From positions 896,001 to 960,000 of the forward strand of contig OZ241841.1 in NCBI GenBank assembly GCA_965202665.1: a stretch of 64,000 bases of DNA, in the 5' to 3' direction. The notes below the pieces were generated by a model. It made no database searches and was not told the DNA's origin. It saw only the letters and a list, made by a program, of their open reading frames with translations. How positions within the stretch are numbered: the first letter of the stretch is position 1; each line of letters begins with the position of its first letter. This DNA comes from Candidatus Spongiisociaceae bacterium (GTDB lineage: Bacteria; Actinomycetota; Acidimicrobiia; Spongiisociales; Spongiisociaceae). Positions 58,922-64,000 of the stretch are shown here, piece by piece. The translations under genes and the position numbers were made by a program.

Positions 58922-59850
58922 CGCGCACGGTGGTGTCCTCCGCGGTCCGGGAAGTGGTGATCGGCCCCGACCGCCCGTTCACGGTTATTGGGGAGCGCAT
59001 CAACCCCACCGGCCGCAAACTGCTGGCCGCGGAGATGAAAGAAGGCGACTACTCCCGGGTGAAGGCGGACGCCTTGGCCCAAGTGGCGGCCGGGGCCCAT
59101 ATGCTGGATGTCAACGCCGGCATCCCCTTAGCGGACGAACCGCGCATCCTGGCCGAAGCCGTGCAACTGGTGCAATCGCTGGTGGACGTCCCGCTGGCCA
59201 TCGACTCTTCCATCGTGGAAGCCCTGCAGGCGGGCTTGGACGTTTATCAGGGCAAAGCCTTGGTCAATTCGGTCACCGGAGAGGAGGAGCGCCTGGAGTC
59301 GGTGTTGCCGATGATCGCCAAACACGGGGCGGCGGTGGTGGCCATCTCCAACGACGAAACCGGCATTTCCGAGGACCCGGACGTCCGATACGACGTGGCG
59401 GCCAAAATCGTACGCCGGGCGGCCGACCACGGCATACCCAAAGAGGACGTGGTGGTGGACCCGCTGGTGATGCCCATCGGGGCCATGCGCTACGCCGGAC
59501 GGCAGGTGTTCCGCATTGTGCGGCGATTGCGGGACGAACTGGGCGTCAACTCCATCTGCGGGGCCTCCAACATCAGTTTCGGCCTGCCCAACCGGGCGGG
59601 GATCAACAGCGCATTTCTGAGCATGGCGGCCGCCAACGGCCTCACTTCGGCCATCACCAACCCGTTGGAGCCGGAAATCACCGCCGCCGTCAAAGCGGCC
59701 GACGTAATGAACGGAAACGACCCGGATTGCGCAACCTGGATCCGCTCCCACCGCGCCCCCCCGGCCGACGGGGAGGGGAGGCGGCGGAGCGGGCGGCGGC
59801 GGGCGGCCCCCGCCCCGGAGCGGGCCGGCTCTCCCATCGCAGGCGGGTAA
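58918..59850 (+). CDS. Methyltetrahydrofolate:corrinoid methyltransferase (pterin-binding)
   Basis: IGERINPTGRK, LDVNAG, IDSS and GASNISFGLP. Confidence 0.9.
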   Translation: MTRTVVSSAVREVVIGPDRPFTVIGERINPTGRKLLAAEMKEGDYSRVKADALAQVAAGAHMLDVNAGIPLADEPRILAEAVQLVQSLVDVPLAIDSSIVEALQAGLDVYQGKALVNSVTGEEERLESVLPMIAKHGAAVVAISNDETGISEDPDVRYDVAAKIVRRAADHGIPKEDVVVDPLVMPIGAMRYAGRQVFRIVRRLRDELGVNSICGASNISFGLPNRAGINSAFLSMAAANGLTSAITNPLEPEITAAVKAADVMNGNDPDCATWIRSHRAPPADGEGRRRSGRRRAAPAPERAGSPIAGG

Positions 59851-59855
59851 GGCAA

Positions 59856-61886
59856 ATGGGCGAGGCGACCCTGTCCGTGACTTTCACCCCCTCCGGCCGG
59901 CGGGGACGGGTCCCGGCGGGGAGCACCGCGCTGGAAGCGGGGCGGATGCTGGGAGTGGACATCGATTCGGTGTGCGGGGGGCGGGGATTGTGCGGCCGGT
60001 GCCAGATAACCCTCGGCTCGCAACCGGGCCTGCCCGCCGACCCCGGCCGCCTTTCCCCGCCCGGAACCCTGGAAACCTCCTATCGGGGCCGCCGGCCGCT
60101 ATTGGAAGGTTCCCGTCTGTCCTGCGCGGCCCGCCTGCTGGCCGACGCCGTGATCGACGTCCCGCCGCGCAGCCAGGTGAGGCAACAGGTGGTGCGCAAA
60201 CGGCCGGAGACGGCCAACTTCAACCTGAACCCGGTGGCGCGCCTGTATTACGTGGAGGTGGAGGAGCCGTCCATGAGCCGCCAAGCATCCGACTTGGCCC
60301 GCCTGCGGGAGGCCCTGCGCGACCAATGGGACTTGCCGGACCTGGAAACGGACCCGTCCGTTTTGCAAAACCTGCAAGAGTCCCTGCGGGCCGGGAAATG
60401 GACGGCCACCGTCTCCATCCACTACGGACGCATCATCACCGGCGTCTGGCCCGGCTTCCACGACCGGGCCCTGGGGGCGGCCTTCGACGTGGGTTCCACC
60501 ACCGTGGCCGGACATCTGTGCGACCTGTCCACCGGGGAGATTCTGGCCTCGGAGGGGATAATGAACCCGCAGATCCGGTTCGGCGAGGATCTGATGAGCC
60601 GCATTTCCTATGTGATGCTGAACGAGGACGGGGCGGCCCGGCTCACGGAAACCATCACCGCCGCCTTGGACGAGTTGGTGGGGGATTTGACGGCGGCGGC
60701 CGGGGCGGAGCGCACCGACGTTTTGGAGATAACCTTGGTCGGCAACCCCATCATGCACCATCTGGTCCTGGGTATCGACCCCCGCCGGCTGGGGGAGGCC
60801 CCGTTCGCCCTGGCCACCGACCGGGCGGTGAACGACCGGGCGGAGCGGATCGGCATCGCCGCCCATCCCGGGGCCCGCCTGTATGCGTTGCCGTGCGTGG
60901 CCGGGCATGTGGGGGCGGACGCGGCCGGGGCCGTGCTGTCGGAGGCCCCCCACCGCAGCCCGGTCACGCAGTTGCTGGTGGACGTGGGCACCAACGCCGA
61001 AATCGTGCTGGGCGACCGGGAGCGGCTGTTGGCCGCCTCCAGCCCCACCGGCCCCGCCTTTGAAGGGGCGGAGATCAGCAGCGGGCAACGAGCCTCGCCG
61101 GGGGCCATCGAACGAGTGCGGGTGGACCGGGAAACCCTGGAACCCCGTTTCAAGGTGATAGACGTGGACTTGTGGTCGGACGAGGAGGGATTCGCCGACG
61201 CCGTCCGCTCCACCGGAGTGACCGGCATATGCGGATCGGGGATCATCGAAGCGGTGGCCGAGTTGGCCCTGGCCGGGGCGGTGTCCGCCGACGGGCGCAT
61301 CCTGGAACGCGAACACCCCCGTCTGGGAAAGGAAGGGCGCACCCCCTTTTACCTGCTCCACGACGGGCCGGCCCGCATCACGGTCACCCAGACCGACGTG
61401 CGGGCCGTCCAGCTGGCCAAAGCCGCCCTCTACGCCGGCATCCGCTTGCTGATGGACCGCCTGGGGGTGGAGCAGGTGGATGAGATTCGCCTGGCGGGGG
61501 CTTTCGGATCCCACATCGACCCCTTGTACGCCATGGCCTTGGGTATGATTCCGGACTGCGACCCGGCCCGGGTGAAAGCGGCCGGCAACGCGGCCGGTAC
61601 CGGGGCGATTATCGCCTTGCTCTGCGCCGACGCCCGCCGGGAGATAGAAGAGTTGGCGGCCAAGATCGAGAAGGTGGAGACGGCGGTGGAACCCCGCTTC
61701 CAGGAGCATTTCGTGCAAGCCATGGCCATCCCGCACCTCTCCGCCCCCTACCCGCACCTGTCCCGGGCGTTGGACATCAGCGGCATCCCCGCCCCCGCCG
61801 TCGACCGGCCGCAACGCCGCCGCTCCCGCCGACCGGCCCCGGCGGAAAGGGCCGCCGCCCCCGTCGGAACGGGAGGGGGATTATGA
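59856..61886 (+). CDS. ASKHA-domain reductive activator of corrinoid proteins (RACo/DUF4445) with N-terminal [2Fe-2S]
   Basis: CGGRGLCGRC, DVGSTT, DVGTNAE, GICGSG and LAGAFG. Confidence 0.9.
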   Translation: MGEATLSVTFTPSGRRGRVPAGSTALEAGRMLGVDIDSVCGGRGLCGRCQITLGSQPGLPADPGRLSPPGTLETSYRGRRPLLEGSRLSCAARLLADAVIDVPPRSQVRQQVVRKRPETANFNLNPVARLYYVEVEEPSMSRQASDLARLREALRDQWDLPDLETDPSVLQNLQESLRAGKWTATVSIHYGRIITGVWPGFHDRALGAAFDVGSTTVAGHLCDLSTGEILASEGIMNPQIRFGEDLMSRISYVMLNEDGAARLTETITAALDELVGDLTAAAGAERTDVLEITLVGNPIMHHLVLGIDPRRLGEAPFALATDRAVNDRAERIGIAAHPGARLYALPCVAGHVGADAAGAVLSEAPHRSPVTQLLVDVGTNAEIVLGDRERLLAASSPTGPAFEGAEISSGQRASPGAIERVRVDRETLEPRFKVIDVDLWSDEEGFADAVRSTGVTGICGSGIIEAVAELALAGAVSADGRILEREHPRLGKEGRTPFYLLHDGPARITVTQTDVRAVQLAKAALYAGIRLLMDRLGVEQVDEIRLAGAFGSHIDPLYAMALGMIPDCDPARVKAAGNAAGTGAIIALLCADARREIEELAAKIEKVETAVEPRFQEHFVQAMAIPHLSAPYPHLSRALDISGIPAPAVDRPQRRRSRRPAPAERAAAPVGTGGGL

Positions 61887-63430
61887 GCGAACGTCCCGGC
61901 CGCGGCGGGGGCCGCGCGGGGGGGCGGGCCGCCCGTCACGCGGCCCGCACCGCCAAAGTCATCAACCAGCAAAAGTTCCTGACCCGCAACCTGTCCCCCT
62001 GGCAGGCGCTGTCCGAAGAGGGGGCGGAACTGATCGAAAGCAACGCCGACCGCCTGCTGTGGGAGGTGGGGGTGGAGATAATGGACTTCCCGGAGGCCCT
62101 GCCCATCTTCGCCGACGGGGGGGCGGAGGTGGACGGGACCCGGGTGCGTTTCCCCCAGGGGATGTGCCGGGAGATAATCACCCGCTCCGCCCCCTCCTCG
62201 TTCACCCATCACGCCCGCAACCCGCAACGTTCGGTGGTCATCGGCGACCCGCACATCGTGTTCGCCCCCGCCTACGGCCCCCCTTTCGTACGGGATTTGG
62301 ACGGGGGCCGCCGCTACGCCGCCCTGGAAGACTTCGTCAACTTCGCCAAGCTGACCCACATGAGCCCGGCCCTCCAACACGGCGGCGGCACCCTGTGCGA
62401 ACCGGTGGACCTGCCGGTCAACAAACGCCATTTCGACATGCTCTACTCCCACATCCGCTACCACGACAAACCTTTTATGGCCTCGGTCACCGCCCCGGAA
62501 CGGGCCCAGGATTCGGTGGATATGGCGAAAATAGTGTTCGGATCCGACTTCGCGTCCGACAACACGGTGCTGATCGGCCTGTGCAACGCCAACTCGCCCC
62601 TGGTATGGGACCGGGCCATGCTCGGCTCGGCCAAGGTTCTGGCCGAAAACAACCAGTGTTCGCTAATTACCCCTTTCATCATCGCCGGGGCCATGTCGCC
62701 GGTGACGGTGGCCGCCACCGCCGCCCAGACCCTGGCCGAGGCGATGGCGGGAATGACTTTCACCCAGCTGGTGCGGCCGGGCGCCCCCGTCATTTTCGGA
62801 TCTTTCGCCGCCTCCATGTCCATGGCCACCGGCGCCCCCACCTTCGGTACCTCCGAAGCGGCCCTCATGCTGTTCGCGGTCAGCCAGTTGGCCCGGCGGC
62901 TGGGCGTTCCCTTCCGGGGCGGCGGCAACAAAACCGCCTCTAAAACCCCCGACGCCCAAGCCGCCTACGAGAGCATGATGACTTTCCTGCCCGCGGTGGG
63001 GGTCGGCGTCAACTTCGTGCTGCACGCCGCCGGATGGCTGGAAGGGGGCCTGACCATGGGCTACGAGAAGTTCATTTTGGACGCCGACCAAACGGGGATG
63101 ATGGCCAAACTGGCGGCCGGAGTGGACCTGTCGGAAAACGGTCAGGCGATGGAGCCCCTGTTGGGCAACGGGCCGGGCAAACACCACCTGGGCACCGACC
63201 ACACCATGGCCAACTTCGCCGACGCCTTCTGGGTGTCGGACTTGGCGGACGTGAACAGTTTCGAGCAGTGGGAGCTGGACGGGTCGCAGGATTCCATCAC
63301 CCGGGCCAACCGGGAGTGGAAGCGGAAACTGGACGAATACGAACCGCCGCCTTTGGACGAGGCCATGCACGAAGAACTGACCGCTTGGATCGCCGCCCGC
63401 AAAGCGGCCTTCCCCGACTCCAACGTTTGA
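61883..63430 (+). CDS. Trimethylamine methyltransferase (MttB) superfamily protein, non-pyrrolysine
   Basis: PAYGPPFV, NANSPL, GAMSPVT, KTPDAQAAYES and HAAGWLEGG; no in-frame amber. Confidence 0.92.
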   Translation: MSERPGRGGGRAGGRAARHAARTAKVINQQKFLTRNLSPWQALSEEGAELIESNADRLLWEVGVEIMDFPEALPIFADGGAEVDGTRVRFPQGMCREIITRSAPSSFTHHARNPQRSVVIGDPHIVFAPAYGPPFVRDLDGGRRYAALEDFVNFAKLTHMSPALQHGGGTLCEPVDLPVNKRHFDMLYSHIRYHDKPFMASVTAPERAQDSVDMAKIVFGSDFASDNTVLIGLCNANSPLVWDRAMLGSAKVLAENNQCSLITPFIIAGAMSPVTVAATAAQTLAEAMAGMTFTQLVRPGAPVIFGSFAASMSMATGAPTFGTSEAALMLFAVSQLARRLGVPFRGGGNKTASKTPDAQAAYESMMTFLPAVGVGVNFVLHAAGWLEGGLTMGYEKFILDADQTGMMAKLAAGVDLSENGQAMEPLLGNGPGKHHLGTDHTMANFADAFWVSDLADVNSFEQWELDGSQDSITRANREWKRKLDEYEPPPLDEAMHEELTAWIAARKAAFPDSNV

Positions 63431-63441
63431 CCGGCGGCGGC

Positions 63442-64000
63442 ATGGGCAGGCAGACGCGGTTGGACGATGCGGGGCGGGCCGCCCTGCGGCGCCTGTTGGA
63501 ACATCCCAAGTTCGAGCTGATTCCCCTGCGCAACGCGCTGGAGCAGGCCCGCTTCCTGCCGGAGGGGGCCGCGGTGTCGGTCACCGCCTCCCCCACCAAA
63601 ACCTTGGAGGACACCATGCAACTGGCGGAGGAGCTGTCGCAGATGGGTTTTGCGGCCATCCCCCACCTGTCGGCCCGCATGACCAAGGACCGGGCCCACT
63701 TGGCGTCCCTGCTGAAACGGATGGAGCATGCCGGCCTGAGCAGGATTTTCCTGGTGGGCGGGGACGCCAAGCATCCGGGCGAGTTCTACGACGCTTTCTC
63801 CCTGCTGACGGCCATGAACGAAATCGGCCATCATCTGACCGAAATCGGCGTCACCTCCTATCCGGAGGGGCATCCGCTCATCCCCGAACCGAAACTGCAT
63901 CAGGCCCTGCGAGACAAGCAACCCCACGCCTCCTACATGACCACCCAGATGTGCTTCGACCCGCAGGCCATCGGCGACTTCATCCGCGGGCGGCGGGCGG
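63442..64000 (+). CDS. metF: Methylenetetrahydrofolate reductase (partial, runs off the right edge)
   Basis: Manual translation: FELIP, PHLSAR, FLVGGD, SYPEGHP and TQMCFD. Confidence 0.85.
   Translation, partial: MGRQTRLDDAGRAALRRLLEHPKFELIPLRNALEQARFLPEGAAVSVTASPTKTLEDTMQLAEELSQMGFAAIPHLSARMTKDRAHLASLLKRMEHAGLSRIFLVGGDAKHPGEFYDAFSLLTAMNEIGHHLTEIGVTSYPEGHPLIPEPKLHQALRDKQPHASYMTTQMCFDPQAIGDFIRGRRA

Noticed and set aside
58779-59855. 1035-aa ORF suggesting a MeTr-RACo overlap or fusion
   Set aside because: The upstream part is a shadow frame over the methyltransferase gene; RACo starts at 59856.

Overview
High-GC, gene-dense actinobacterial chromosome segment, most like Acidimicrobiia. That placement is inferred from the SLH surface protein, F420-dependent LLM enzyme, tandem CIRCE elements and several leaderless starts. 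Housekeeping blocks are rplM-rpsI-glmM/glmS-acpS, udg-tsaE-tsaB-rimI-tsaD-groES-groEL, ychF-DUF368, trpS and cimA. Metabolic clusters are (i) a fused xanthine-dehydrogenase-like Mo-hydroxylase with an SsnA-like hydrolase and a shortened YgfK-like protein, (ii) SDR + PEP-hydrolase TIM barrel + Tm-1/UPF0261 + flavin oxidoreductase, and (iii) a divergent corrinoid-dependent methylated-amine demethylation cluster with a dimethylglycine/sarcosine dehydrogenase and ETF. Accessory and DNA-metabolism loci are an AT-richer DprA + zinc-ribbon PRTase cassette inserted between glmM and glmS with a perfect LexA-type box, a DNA methyltransferase-HNH fusion, a nurA-herA-sbcD-sbcC operon, a decayed foreign patch at 37-38 kb and an amber-interrupted MNT gene. 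Non-coding signals read directly from the sequence include a clear glmS ribozyme, a leaderless Ile-Ile leader-peptide attenuator before cimA, twin palindromic operators in the betaine cluster and a candidate structured leader before the Mo-hydroxylase. No CRISPR array, rRNA, tRNA, transposase or integrase was seen. All family assignments come from motif recognition by eye; no database searches were run.
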